NCBI RefSeq assembly: GCF_963921235.1
Contig: NC_086108.1
Coordinates: 83,020,001-83,084,000 of the forward strand
Direction of reading: 5' to 3'
DNA length: 64,000 nucleotides
DNA from: Mobula hypostoma
Taxonomy: Eukaryota
The notes beneath the pieces are model-generated. The model was not told the DNA's origin and did not search any database. It worked only from the letters and a program-made list of their open reading frames with translations. The translations under genes were made by a program, and so were the position numbers. This document shows, piece by piece, positions 49,855 through 62,470 of this stretch; within the stretch, counting starts at the first letter, position 1; each line of letters starts with the position of its first letter.

Positions 49855-50325
49855 GACACACAGTGGCCACTGTATCAGGTACACCTGTACACTTGCTTGT
49901 TAGTACAAATATCTAATCATCCATTGATATGGCAGCAACTCAATGCATAAAAGCATATCGACATCATCAAGATGTTCAGTTGTTGTTCAGATCAAACATC
50001 AGAATGAGGAAGAAACATGATCCAAGTGACTCTGTCCGTGGAATGATTGTTGGTACAAGATGTGGTGGTTTGAGTATCCCAGAAACTGCTGATCTCCTGG
50101 GATTTTCATGCACAAAAGTCTCTACAGCTTTTGCCAGAAACAAAAAAAAACATTAGTGCATGGCCGTTCTGTGGGCAAAATTCCCTTGATAATGATAAAT
50201 GTCAAAGGAGAATTGCCAGACTGACAGGAAGGCATTTCTGAATGCACAACACATCAAACCTTGAAGTGGATGGGCAGTAGAAGACCACAATCATACACTC
50301 AACGGCCACTTTATTAGGTACAGGA
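49855..50325 (+). mobile_element. Tc1/mariner non-autonomous remnant
   Basis: Terminal motif cac.cagtggccact.tat.aggtacacc; transposase N-terminal HTH M.KK.D.SD..RGMIVG.R.GGLSI.ETADLLGFS.T.VS; no DDE domain. Confidence 0.75.
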
Positions 50326-50899
50326 AGTATATCTATATTCAATTGAAATCAGGCTTCCTTCCTACTGCAATCAAACTTTCTCATTATCTGTCTCATTATA
50401 AAGACTAACATACTATTCCTCCTCCTAATCACCTGTCTCACTTTTATGTTGGCCTACAGTGACTTGTTTACCACCATTCCCAGATCTCTCAAATGTCATC
50501 ACTACTCCTTCACTTACTCTGGTTGTTATGTGTGCCATAATGGATGGCTTCACATTTTCCTACATTATATTCTATCTGCCTGTTTCTCACCCACTCCCTC
50601 AGCCTATCCATAAACCCCAGAAGTCTCTTGATACCCTCCTACAATTTCGCTGGTTTGGTATCATCAGTGAATGCAAAACATGGATTTTTTTTCTCTACAA
50701 CAATTTGTTGATAAAGATTGTGCAAAGTTTGGTTCCAAGTATTGATCACACTCTTCAAAGCTAGGCAGGCCAAAATTTCCTCCCATTCATTGCTTCCTGA
50801 CCTACTGTGTGTCAGCATACAAGGTGTGATTCCACATGCTGCAACACTGTTTATCAAACCCTGTGGGATTTTTTTTGAAAGTCTTGCGGAAAAAGAATT

Positions 50900-51310
50900 T
50901 TGGGCAGTTATAGGGAGAAGTTGGCCAGACTAGTTCTTTATTCCTTGGAACATAAGATAAATACAGAAATGTTTAAAATTATGAGAAGCAAAGAAAAGAG
51001 CTGTGGTGACTATATAGAGGAGTCCAGTACTAGACAGCATAGATTTAGAGTGAGATGGAAAACTTTTAAAAAGGGTCTTGAGAGGGTAGTGAGTATACGG
51101 AATAAGCTGCCAGAAGAAGTGGTTGAGGCTGGTACAACAGCATCATTTAAGAAGCACTTGGACAGGTACACGGAGTGACGGGCTTAGAAGGATTTGGGCG
51201 GAAAGCAGGAATTGGGACTACCTGCAGTGGGCATCATGGTCGACACGGACTCCTTGCGCCAAAGGACTTTGTTCTGTGCTGTGTTGCTCTCTAATTCAAT
51301 GACTCCAATT
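50900..51310 (+). mobile_element. Degenerate CR1 3' fragment
   Basis: SYREKLARL.LYSLE...RNKLPEEVVEAGT..SFKKHLDRY; tail gttctgtgctgtgttgctctc. Confidence 0.75.
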
Positions 51311-53701
51311 CAGAGAAAGGTGCGATCAGGCACTGCAGTCCTCTTGTCACATATTGTGTTCTCAGTGTCGTTTCGAGTCTGAAACTTAAATGTCATCACT
51401 GCCTCCCAATTCTGACAGTCAATGCGATTTGATAGCGCGGACAATAAGTCCTTCTAACTTTCAGAAATATGCAAATAATCAGCCCTTCGACTCGACACGC
51501 CATCAGGAATTCAGCGATTCCTCTTATGATTATGATCGGAACTTCTCCCCGAATGATAGAGGATTCGAGCAGTTAGGGGAAATGATTTCCGGGTCTTTCC
51601 GTATCCTCCCCCCAGTGATCCAGCCCTTTCTCCCTGTAGCCGATTATTAGTGCTAAGGAAGCCCCGTCTCTGAAAGGAAGTGTACTAACCTGCCATTTCG
51701 AGCCGTCGCATATTTTCCTCTCAAGGGACGGTACGACTAGGCATTTTCCAGCTAAAAAGCAAGGCAACCCACCGCCTCCGGAGGTAATAACACTCACCAC
51801 ATTCCTCTCCCTAGCCAGTCCCCTCAGACGTGACAACGCTCGGTCGGACAGGCTTGAAAGCGGATTCATATGTGCTCGTCGACGTGTGACTAATTTAATT
51901 TGGGGTCACCAAGCCTTCGGACGATCTCAGAAGAGCCCTGTCACAAGAAAAGCATCATTGTGGTCGGACATGGCACGAAGGGTCGAATTTGCCAAACGTT
52001 ACAATAAAAAAGTCGCAAACTGGGCACAGAGTTATTTTCCAACGATTAAGTACAACACATCTGCATGCATTTCATCTATATAGTGCGAGATATAAAAGAA
52101 TAGATGATTTGCCTTTCTGTTTGGACCCACTGCGATCTCTAACATCACTTTATATATATGTCGAAGTAAACCTGAACAGCATTGGCATCGACCTGCCCGT
52201 TAGCTGGTTGGACTAGTCAAGTTGCATATTGGACGGTAAAGAAGCCAGGCAAAGATCGAGGGGCCAAAGCCCAGAGCGGCTAAAAAAAAAAGACGAAAAA
52301 ATAGGATAAAATGTGGGAAAATTGAAAACCCTTAAGTCCCGAAGAAAGTGAGTCCGGAAAGAGCTGGGAGACGGTTGAGTAGGAAATGAAAAGAGCGTCC
52401 AAAGACTGAGTGGGTTGAGTCGAAGCCAGCGCACAATACGTGCTCTGTAATAGCCTGTTGAAGCAATATTTTAGAGAAATGCTGCGGTTCTTCACATGAA
52501 AGCAGCAGAATGTAGTCCTTCGCTAAAGCTCTAGACTCCAAGATCGTGCAAAGCTCTGCAAAGAGCTTCAGAAGACCACAAAAGACAGCGCAGTTATGAG
52601 GTTCGTCAACATTCAGAGATGCCGTTTACGGAGTACTGTATTTACTTTTCTTCCGAATCGTGAGGGAATGCGGCGTCTAGAGTATAACTCGAGCCCCGGC
52701 GACCGTCTCCAGTCAGTCGGCATCCCCTGAGCACCGCCAAGCAGACACCGCGCTATTACTATGCTCCCGCATTCGGGGGTCAGCAGTACAAATCGTCCAC
52801 TTCGGTTCTCGGATCCCTGCTTTATGGAGCTGCGTGTTCAGAGCGACGGCACTGCAGAACTGGCCAGGTCGGTTAGCTGCTGCAGTCTGGTTCGTGAATA
52901 TGGTTTCTGAATCGATCCCCGACGCAAACAAAGTATCGATTTAACGTAACATTTGCAATATAAAAAAAAGGATATTCAGTGGAATGTGGGCTTCCCGGAA
53001 CACAGCAAACGAAGGAACACTCGGGTTTGCCTGCATACAGGCAATTGGCACGGCATATAAAAGGAACTGCTCTAGGGATAAGGTATCCGCTCACCTTTTT
53101 TCAAGGAACCTTCTCATCACACGGCGATCACACCACGCAAAGCCCCAACTCCTCCTTTGAGACAACGGGACTTCCGCTCCACGCGCAGCCACACTGATAA
53201 GACCAGGAAAATGGTGAGCGTGGGGAATGGGATGGGGAGGGAGGAATAAAGGGCATCGACCCGAAACGTCGACTCTTTATTCCTGTCCATGACTCGACCT
53301 GCTGAATTCCTCCCGCATTTTGTGTGTTAATGAATCGATCGGTCAGATTGCAGAGCGGTCAGATTCACGCCCGGCTCTCCGGCTAAAACGGAGGATCGTG
53401 TCGTGGTTTATCGATACAACAGTGCTCAGAAGTTAGTCGACATTGCTACATTCAGTTAACTCATTAAATGGAGCTCTGGATGCCCGAGACATCCCGGGAA
53501 GTCCACAAAAACATCGATTCCAAATTCTAAAGGTTCAGTGCAGTGTCCAATCTCTCCTCCAGTCAGTGTCTCTTCCGGAACAGGCTCGGAAACATCTTCA
53601 TTCAACAAAACTCAGGATTCCCTTCCTGCCCGGGAGGAGATACTGCAACAACCCGGTTCCCTGACGTAAATCCCAGAAGGTGCTATATCTTTATCTCTAC
53701 G

Positions 53702-53731
53702 TACACACATACACACACACACACACACACA
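53702..53731. repeat. (CA)n microsatellite
   Basis: Direct reading. Confidence 0.95.
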
Positions 53732-54002
53732 TTCCCTCTTCCTTATCCCCACCGTGGACTCAGATCGGCAAAATTGCGAAACTACCATTTCATCTCTCGC
53801 TGTGTGCGGTTGCTGACAGTCGGTGTGAGGAGATCTCGCTGCAACAGCACATCACCGTGTACGGACCCAGCCGCGCCGGCCCCAGGGGGAAATATCGTTA
53901 CCACTGCATGATGTGTCGTGCGTGGACAGGCTCTCTCCGTCTTGGTCGGAGCAAAGTTCTGTTAATCCTTTGCCGCTAATCGCTGGTCTCAAAAGCACTT
54001 AC

Positions 54003-54235
54003 CTAAATTCCGGGGGTCCATCGCTCTTAAATAGCTGCGGGAAATCCACAATCAGAGTTCAGAGTGCGTTGGTAATTTCTCAACCTCAGAGCGCGTTAAA
54101 TTGGATCTCACAGCTATCTGAGCGAATTCCGAATGTGTGAGTGGATTTAGTTCTGTGACCAGTCCTATCTGTAGGGAATAACTCTTTGTCCTCTCGTGAT
54201 CTTTCCGACAATATTCACTTTGTGTGAATGTCTAA
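54003..54235 (-). other. TMEM275: Putative non-coding exon 1 of TMEM275
   Basis: Consensus donor TTAG|GTAAGT (intron starts at 54002 on minus) and TATA-like TATAAGAA on minus at about 54258-54265. The 5' end is a guess. Confidence 0.45.
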
Positions 54236-54326
54236 TGCTAAGATTAAGGTTGCTTATTTCTTATAACCCATCGCACGGGTAACCAGCCGCGTTTACTGTT
54301 TCACCTGCTGTTCACTCCTCTCCTGT

Positions 54327-54349
54327 ACACACACACACACACACACACA

Positions 54350-54381
<32 letters not shown>
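54327..54381. repeat. (CA)n microsatellite just upstream of the putative transcription start
   Basis: Direct reading; one interruption. Confidence 0.95.
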
Positions 54382-54382
<1 letters not shown>

Positions 54383-54629
54383 TTTCTCCTGGTCACAGAG
54401 CTCAGCCCTGCGCGTGTGCAAATTTCTTGACAAGTTATAATGAAATGCTAGAAGTAGAAACGTAGACAAGACACAGCATTATTTTCCCACCGAAGCGTCC
54501 TTGCTCCATAGAGGCTGCCTGACCTGCCGACTGTTGTTCAGTATTTTCAGATCAAAAATATCCATCCTATGTAGTATGTTGCTCTTTATATAGTTTGTTC
54601 ACCAGTTCCTGAGTGGTCTCCGTTAATGC

Positions 54630-54720
54630 ATTAGGTAACTTCTAAGGACATTTTCAGCACAGCTTTGTGCGCCGAAGTGACTGTATTGCGCCGTAGGTTT
54701 TCTATGTTTCTATGTTTCTA
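54630..54720 (+). mobile_element. CR1 3' tail
   Basis: Matches 8100-8190 (cagcacagctttgtg..ccgaag..gtattg..ttttctatgtttctatgtttcta). Confidence 0.75.
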
Positions 54721-54784
54721 AACCAGTCACTAACCATTACAAGTTGCAGGAACATGTGGCTCCCAGTCGTACGTTATCATGCAC

Positions 54785-55178
54785 AATTCTCCGTGGATCG
54801 TCGCCTTGTCGTGGTGGAGAGGCTTGGTGAGTTCCTGAGATTCCAAGAGCGATGCTGTCTGGAGCTTAGCTTCTGGTAGGGTCACCCCTGGTGTTACGGT
54901 CAAGGGGGAGGGTCCAGACGGAGAATAATCCAACCAGGACCTCAACGGTGGTGCTGACGGAAGATGGTGTCACATCACAACCGCAGTGAAGGTGAAGGAA
55001 GGCTGCTGCAGTGAAAGGTCCCCGGTCGAAATGCTTGACCCCGATCTGTCAAGGACCAGGTGGTGGCTGCCCGTACATCAGCCTCCCCACGTTAAACAAA
55101 AGGGCACAGGCGTTCTCCATTAAGGGAATAATTGCTCAGGAGAACATCATACTCTACTGCAGTGATCGCACTACTACA
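54785..55178 (+). mobile_element. Short RTE-derived non-autonomous element
   Basis: RTE/Expander-type 5'UTR motifs cgccttgtcgtggtggagaggcttg and ggtagggtcaccc..ggtcaagggggagggtccagac; ctactac tail; atgcac at both flanks (54779-54784, 55179-55184). Confidence 0.6.
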
Positions 55179-55529
55179 ATGCACCTCGCATCTGTATGTC
55201 TGAATCACATGCCGTATTCTAGAAAGGTTCCTTTCTCTATTGCAATCTGTCTCCACCCACAGCTCATCCACAGCTTGCTGACCACCCTGGTCTCCAGTTC
55301 AAGAAGACCTCAACTATGAAATTTCCAAATCACTTGTCATCCCTCAGAAATTATTTCTTCCTCACCTTGACTCGATAATTCCTTCCTTCAACCAATCTTT
55401 TCCCACCTACAGCAATGAAATGCCTATTTCACACTGCTTCTTTAGCAGCTTCTGTTTATTTTTGGCTTATTCAGCTCACTTTCAGAATAAATGTTCAATC
55501 CTTCTACATATTTATTGAATGCTGACACT

Positions 55530-56120
55530 ATCCTGAGGACATTTGTTTCTTCCGTGTTCTGGATCTCAACCTATCCTCCAGCACCACCAGCCTTCATCAC
55601 TGAGCCGAACCTATTCTCTGTTAATTCCTCTCATTGTCATCAAGTTGGGAGTGTAGCTATGGGAAAATCTGTAAATTATGCTATTCTCTCTGTGAAATAT
55701 GTAGAGCAATCCTTCATCAGTCCTGCTCCAGTCCATTCCTTCATTTCTGATTTGTGTGTCTGTTACAGTATTTGTGCTTCTTCCAATTCTTGCACAGGTA
55801 AGGAGATACAGTGAGAGAGGGAAATGGGAATGGGGAATGGAGGGGGGTGTAATTACCGGAAGTTCAAGAAATAGATGTTCATGCCATCAGGCTACCCAGA
55901 TAGAACATAAGGTGTTGTTCCTCCAACCTGAGTGTGGCCTCATTGCAGCAGTAGAGGAGGCCATGGACTGACATGTCAGGCATTTCATCACCTTTGCTGC
56001 CATTTTCCACTCATTTCTCACTTTCAACTAGTCCATCTTAGCTCTAAACATTCCCATTTAAGAAAATAAGTTAGCAGCAAGATTCCTTTGACTCCATCAA
56101 CTATCCTGACTATACTTAAT
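55530..56120 (+). mobile_element. Old Penelope RT remnant with a nested minus-strand Penelope GIY-YIG fragment (about 55800-55980)
   Basis: NLFSVNSSHCHQVGSVAMG..NYA.L.V.YVEQS resembles Penelope RT GxAMG; 55860-55978 matches 23105-23215. Confidence 0.55.
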
Positions 56121-56332
56121 CCACACAAAATACTGGAGGAACTCAGCAGATCAGGCACCATCTGTGGAAAAGATTAGATAGTTGAAGTTTTTGGCAGAGT
56201 CCTGAAAAAGAGTCTTGGCCTGAAAATCGACTATCTATTTATTTGCATAGATGCTGCCTGACCTACTGAGTTCCTTCAGCATTTTGTGCATGTTGCTTTG
56301 GATTTCCAGCAGCTGCAGACTTTCTCATGTTT
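56121..56332. mobile_element. Palindromic Penelope terminal-repeat derivative
   Basis: cacaaaatactggaggaactcagcagatcaggcaccatct pairs with agatgctgcctgacctactgagttccttcagcattttgtg, around a decayed hammerhead (agtcctgaaaaagagtcttggcctgaaaatcgact). Confidence 0.7.
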
Positions 56333-56339
56333 ATACTCA

Positions 56340-57277
56340 TGACCATGGTGGGTCTCATCAGCAAGAACAACGAGTCAGCATACAGAGAGGAGGTGCAGTG
56401 GCTAATGGACTGGTGCAGAGCCACCAACCTGTCTCTGAATGTGAACAAAACAAAAGAGATGGTTGTTGACTTCAGGAGGACACGGAACAACCACTCTCCG
56501 CTAAACATTGATGACTCCTCCATAGAGATCGTTAAGAGCACCAAATTTCTTGGTGTTCACCTGGCGGAGAATCTCACCTGGTCCCTCAACACCAGCTCCA
56601 CAGCATAGAAAGCCCAGCAGCATCTCTACTTTCTGCGAAGGCTGAGCAGAGTCCATCTCCCACCCCCCATCCTCACCACATTCTACAGAGGTTGTATTGA
56701 GAGCATCCTGAGCAGCTGCATCACTGCCTGGTTCAGAAATTGCACCATCTCGGATTGCAAGACCCTGCAGCAGATAGTGAGGTCAGCTGAGAAGATCATC
56801 GGGGTCTCTCTTCCCACCATTACAGACATTCATACCACACCCTGCATCCGTAAAGCAAGCAGCATTATGAAGGACCCCATGTACCCCTCATACAAACTCT
56901 TCTCCCTCCTACCATCTGGCAAAAGGCACCGAAGCATCTGAGCTCTCATGACCAGACTATGTAACAGTTTCTTCTCTCAAGCCATCAGACTCCTCAATAC
57001 CCAGAGCCTGGACTGACACGAACCTACTGCCCTCTACTGTGCCTATTGTCTTGTTTATTATTTATTGTAATGCCTGCACTGTTTTGTGCTCTTTATGCAG
57101 TCCTGGGTAGGTCTGTAGTCTAGTGTAGTTTCTGTGTTGTTTTATATGGTTCAGTGTAGTTTTTGTATTGTTACATGTATCACCATGGTCCTGACAAACG
57201 TTGTCTCATTTTTACTGTGTACTGTACCAGCAGTTATGATCAAAATGACAATAAAAAGTGACTTGACTTGACTTGAC
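56340..57277 (+). mobile_element. Rex/Babar-like LINE 3' portion
   Basis: TMVGLISKNNESAYREEVQWLMDWC..NLSLNVNKTKEMVVDFRR..KFLGVHL; tail aataaaaagtgacttgacttgacttgac. Confidence 0.85.
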
Positions 57278-57609
57278 GTAATCCACCTTGCTTCCTGCAA
57301 GAACTGCATTCCAATTACCCATTTCCTCACTTCCAACACACCTATCCTGATATTGGCATCTTCCACACTAGTTCTTATGATGTGCTTTTTATTTCTCTCC
57401 ACTATGATTGACCAGTCTCACAAATGAGTCTTTTCCATTTACCCTCAATCCCAACAAGAGAGACCCACTCCAGCAAGGGTTCCACATCCACCTCACCGGT
57501 GTACACTTTTTATGGATCATCCGCTGAAATTGCTGAAACCCTGCAACAAAATAATATTGCAGGTCATATCTTCCCTTGCTATTCAATATTTCTCAAGTAC
57601 CATTTTAAT

Positions 57610-59075
57610 TAGAATTTATTTAAATCTTACCTCCATCCCACAACACAAGGGAGCAAATATCTTTGTGTTATGACTCCATTACAATGTACAGACATGTGGA
57701 TTTATAAGTCTAATGGCTTGTAGAAAGAAGCTGTCTTGTAGCCTGTTGATCCTGGCTTTAATGCTGCGGTACCGTTTGCCAGACGGAAGCAGCTGAAACA
57801 GTTTATGGTTGGGGTGACTGGTGGTCCTGATGATCTTCCAGGCCTTCTTTCTGCACCTTCTGCTGAAAATTTCCTCAGTGGAGGGAAGTTCACGTCCACA
57901 GATGTGCTGGGCTGTCGGTACCATTCCCTGTAGTGTCCAGCGATCAAGGTTGGTGCAGTTCCCGTACCAGGCGGTGATGCAGCCAGTCAGGATGCTCTCA
58001 ATGGTGCCTCTGTAGCAGGCCTTGAGGATTTGGGGGCTCATGCCGAATTTCTTCAGTCGCCTGAGGTGGAAGAGATGCTGTTTTGCTATTTTTTACCACA
58101 AAGCTGCAGAGTACAGACCAGGTGAGATCATCAGTGATGTGTATACCGAGGGACTTGAAACTAGTCATCCTCTCAACTGAAGACCTACTGATGTTGATCG
58201 AGTCAAGCCTGTCTCCATTCCTTCTGTAATCCTCAATCAGCTCATTTCTTTTTTGACATTGAGGGAGAGGTTGTTATCTTGGCACCACTGTGTCAGGGTG
58301 TCAACCTCTCCTCTGTAGGCTGTCTCATTACCGCTAGAATTAAGGCCGATCAAAGATGTGTCACCTGCAAATTTGATCAGCAGATTGGACATGTGTGAGG
58401 CAGCACAGTCGTGGGTGTAAAGGGAGTAGAGGAGGGGACCCAAGACACAACCCTGGGGGTCCTGTGTTGAGGATCAGAGGGGCAGAGGTGAGGGAGCTAT
58501 CCTTACCACCTATTGGCAATCCGAGAGGAAGTCTAGGATCCAGCTGCACAAGGTGGGGTGCAGGCCGAGGTCTCTGAGCTTCCTGTCAAGTCAAGGGAAT
58601 TATGGTGTTGAAGGCTGAACTGTAGTCCAGGAACAGCTTTCTCACATAAGCATTCCTGTTCTCCAGGTGAATGAAGACGGTATGTAGAGCTGTTTCTATG
58701 GCATCTTCGGTAGGCCGGTTCCATCAGTAGGCAAATTATAGGGGGGTCCAGTGTGGGTGGTGGCATTCTACAGCTGTAGTCTTTGACCATCCTCTCAAAG
58801 TATTTGCTTATAATTGAGGCGGGTTCGACATGGCACCAATCATTCAGGCCTGCTACCTTGCTTTACTTAGGTACAGGGACAACGACGGACGATTTGAAAC
58901 AGGAGGGCACTATACACTGGGAGAGGGAGGGATTAAAAATGTCCATAAGCACACCAGTCAGCTGTGCCATGGGATGCTGCCTTGCAGCTATTGATACGTT
59001 GGAATGTTCTATATACCTCAGCCTTGGAGATGACCAAGGTGCAGGTTGATTTGAAACATCTGCCCTTGGGGGTGT
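57610..59075 (-). mobile_element. Rex/Babar-like LINE RT and C-terminus
   Basis: PLLYSLYTHDC..IKFAGDTSLIGL and YRGTIESILTGCITAWYGNC..LLPSGKRYRSIKAR..RLQDSFF.QAIRL. Confidence 0.85.
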
Positions 59076-59319
59076 TTCCTCTGGGATGTTTGGTTCACCC
59101 TTCCATCTCCATCAATATCTATTCTCCTTCACACAACAACTTTCCTACAGCTTCAAGAGATGCATATTCAACCATATATCTCCTTCCTTCCTTTTGCCTA
59201 AAGAGACAAACCCTTTCTGGTTTTTAGAAATTCAGCAGCTATGGAGTTACATGTATTTAATTCAAATCAGGACCAGTTTTCAGATAAATCTGTTCTATTG
59301 TAAATTACAAACAGGTTTG

Positions 59320-60072
59320 AAATTGTGGACTTCAGGAAGGGTAAGACAAAGGAACACATACCAATCCTCATAGAGGGATCAGAAGTGGAGTGAGTGAGTG
59401 GTTTCAAGTTCCTGGTTGTCAAGATCTCTGAGGATCTAAAGTGGTCCCAACATATCAAAGTAGTTATAAAGAAGGCCAGACATTAGGAGTTTGAAGAGAT
59501 TTGGTATGTCAACAAAAACACTCAAAAACTTCTATAGATGTACTGTGGAGAACTTTCTGACAGGCTGCATCACTGTATGGTATGGGGAAGGGGGTGTGTG
59601 GGGGGGGGGCGCTACTGCACAGGACCGAAAGAAGCTGCAGAGGGTTGTAAGTTTAGTTGGATCCATTTTGGGTAATAGCCTACAAAGTACCCAGGACATC
59701 TTTGAGGAGCGGTGTCTCAAAAAGGCAGCGCCCATTATTAAGGACCTCCAGCACCCAGGGCATGCCCTTTTCTCACTGTTACCATCAGGTAGGGGGTACA
59801 GAAGCCTGGAGGCACACACTCAGTGATTCAGGAACAGCTTATTCCCCTCTGCTATCTGATTCTTAAATGGACATTGAACCCTTGGGCACTAACTCACTTT
59901 TTTAATATATATTATTTCTGGGTTTTGCATGATTATTAATTTATTCAATGTACGTATACTGCAATTTATTTATTATTTATTTTCTTCTATATTATGCATT
60001 GCATTGAACTGCTGCTGCTGTTAACAAATTTCACGACACATGCCGGTGATAATAAACCTAATTTGGATTCTG
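59320..60072 (+). mobile_element. Rex/Babar-like 3' portion
   Basis: KRFGMSTKTLKNFYRCTVE..LTGCITVWYG..HPGHALFSLLPSGRGYRSL; tail gataataaacctaatttggattctga. Confidence 0.85.
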
Positions 60073-60684
60073 AATTAAAGGGACAGCTTTGTAAACAGTA
60101 CCATCAGCATAGCACTGATTGACAGCAGAAGGCTGGCTGCTCATGAGATACAGTTTATGAACTGACATGACCATGGAATGCACTCAAATGCATTAGCAAA
60201 ATGTAAGTTAATGGGGTGTGTTAATTGACCTGCATCAAACTAGGCATTAGACACCTTCAGCTAAGTTATTTTGCATCATTATGATCAAGGAAGCTTCCAG
60301 AGTGGCTAATCAAACATAGTTCATAAGCATTTTTGCACTGTCTGTCTATAATTGGGAGATCTGTGCATCCGGAGTGTCAGCCCTCACTTCGGTATGTAGA
60401 TTCTCTGCACTTAAAAACTTACAGACCACGCATTAGAATTACTTTGTTCCAGCAAAGATCATTCAGAGGTGTCTTGTCAGTGAAAGTGTGCTCCTATTGT
60501 AAATATGCAATTCAATGGAGCCATTTTGCAGACACAAAATATTGAAGTAAATAATGTCATTGTAGATTTTGAAATTATATCGAATTACTTGTTCTTATCT
60601 TTGTTCTCATTCATATAAAAACTCAATATACTTTGAATGACTGCTTGTCATATGAACAGGTATTTTTAGTGTCTCCCAGATTTG

Positions 60685-61693
60685 TTGACAATAGCTCAGC
60701 ATTTAACTCCATCATTCCCATGGTACTGATCAACAAAATACAGAACCTGGGCCCCTGTACCTCCCTCTGCAATTGTATCAGTGATTTCCTAACCAGAAAC
60801 CCATAATCTGTGCAGATTGGTGATAATATCTCCTCCTCACTGGTGACCAACACTGATGCACCTTAGGGGTGTGTACTTAGCCCACTGCTCTACTCTCTCT
60901 ATACCCATAACTGTGTGGCTAGGCATTGCTCAAATGCCATCTATAAATTTGCTGGTGATAGAACCATTGTTAGTAGAATCTCAGATGGAGATAGAGGGCA
61001 TACAGAAGCGAGATGTACCAGCCAGTTGAGTGGTGTCGTGGTAACAACCATGCACTCAGTCTTAGTAAGACAAAAGATGTGGACTTCAGGAAGGGTAAGA
61101 TGAGGGGATATGAACCAATCCTCATAGAGGGACCAGAAGTGGAGAGAGTGAACAATTTCATATTCCTGGGTGTGAATATCTCTGAGGATCTAACCTGGTC
61201 CCAACATAACGATGCAGCTATAAAGAAGGCAAGACAGCAGCTATATTTCATTAGGAGTTTGAAGAGTTTTGGTTTGTCACCTGAAACACTCAAAACCTTC
61301 TATAAATGTACCGTGGAGAGCATTCTAACAGGCTGCATCAGTGTCTGGTATGTGGAGGACTATTGCACAGGACCAAATGAAGCTACAAAAAGTTGTAAAA
61401 TTAGTCATTTCTGTCTGGGGTACTAGCCCCCATAGTATTCAAGACATTTTCAAGGAGTGGTGCCTCAGAAGGCAGCGTCCATTATTTAGGACCCCCATCA
61501 CACAGGACATTCCATCTTCTCATTGTTACCATCAGGAAGGGGTACCGAAGCTTAAAGGTGCACACTCAGTGATTCAGGAATAGCTTCTTCCCCTCTGACA
61601 TATTATTCCTAAATGAACATTGAATCCACTAACACGACCTCACTTTTTCTTAATATATATTCTGTTTTGCACTATTTTTAATCTAACTATTTA

Positions 61694-61731
<38 letters not shown>

Positions 61732-61850
61732 TTAGTGTAATAGATTTACTTATCTTTTTTTCTATATTATCATATATTCATTGTACTGCTGCTGCTAAGT
61801 TAACAAATTTCACAACACATGCCGGTGATAATAAACCTGATTCTGATTCA
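60685..61850 (+). mobile_element. Rex/Babar-like LINE RT to 3' end
   Basis: [35 protein letters not shown] and KKARQQLYFIRSLK; tail aataaacctgattctgatt. Confidence 0.85.
61696..61730. repeat. (TA)n microsatellite within the Rex 3'UTR
   Basis: Direct reading. Confidence 0.95.
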
Positions 61851-61919
61851 GGTTTCCAGCCAGCAATTCAATTCACAGCAGAACTCTGATGAAACAGCAA
61901 TTCACATCTGCATCCTTCA

Positions 61920-62470
61920 ATTTAATGTTTTTCACCCAGTGCCAACAATGTGGGTTCCTCTATATTAGAAAAAATCCTGAGTGCCGGTTTGGTGACTGCT
62001 TTGCTGAACTTCTTCATTTAATCACCAAGGATGCCTCTTAGTCTCCATTAACTTTCCACTTCAGTTTTCCTTCTCCTTCATTTCAAATTTATAATAAAGC
62101 TGAAGAGCCAGCACCTTACCTTCTTTCTGAACTCAATACTGAATTCAATAATTGAATATTATCATCAATTACATCCTTGTTTTCCATATTTCTGGTTTGA
62201 AATTTTCAAATTTCATTCGTCTTCTCCTATTTCCCGAGATAAACCTTTTGTTATTCACCATCTTTCTACAGGCACCACCACCACTTTAGTCATTCCATCT
62301 CTACCCTATCACAGATCATCCCCTTGTTTTCTCTGCTCCCCCCTCTTGTCCATATTTTAATAATGACTTTTCTTCTAATCGTTCCCAGTTCTGATGGAAT
62401 GCCAACAACATGGAACATCATTTCTGCTTTAGCAGATGCTGCCAGACCTATTGAGGATTTCTAGAATTTA
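61920..62470 (+). mobile_element. Highly degenerate Penelope 3' fragment
   Basis: ctctatatt.g, ttggtgactgctttgctgaac, gctgaagagccagcacctta, and terminal cagttctgatggaa...cagatgctgccagacc. Confidence 0.5.

Larger units (their letters stand above)
51330..54420. promoter_or_regulatory. CpG-island-like region, probable TMEM275 promoter and first exon
   Basis: Visibly high CG dinucleotide density against CpG-poor flanks; almost free of transposons; lies 5' of TMEM275. Confidence 0.7.
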
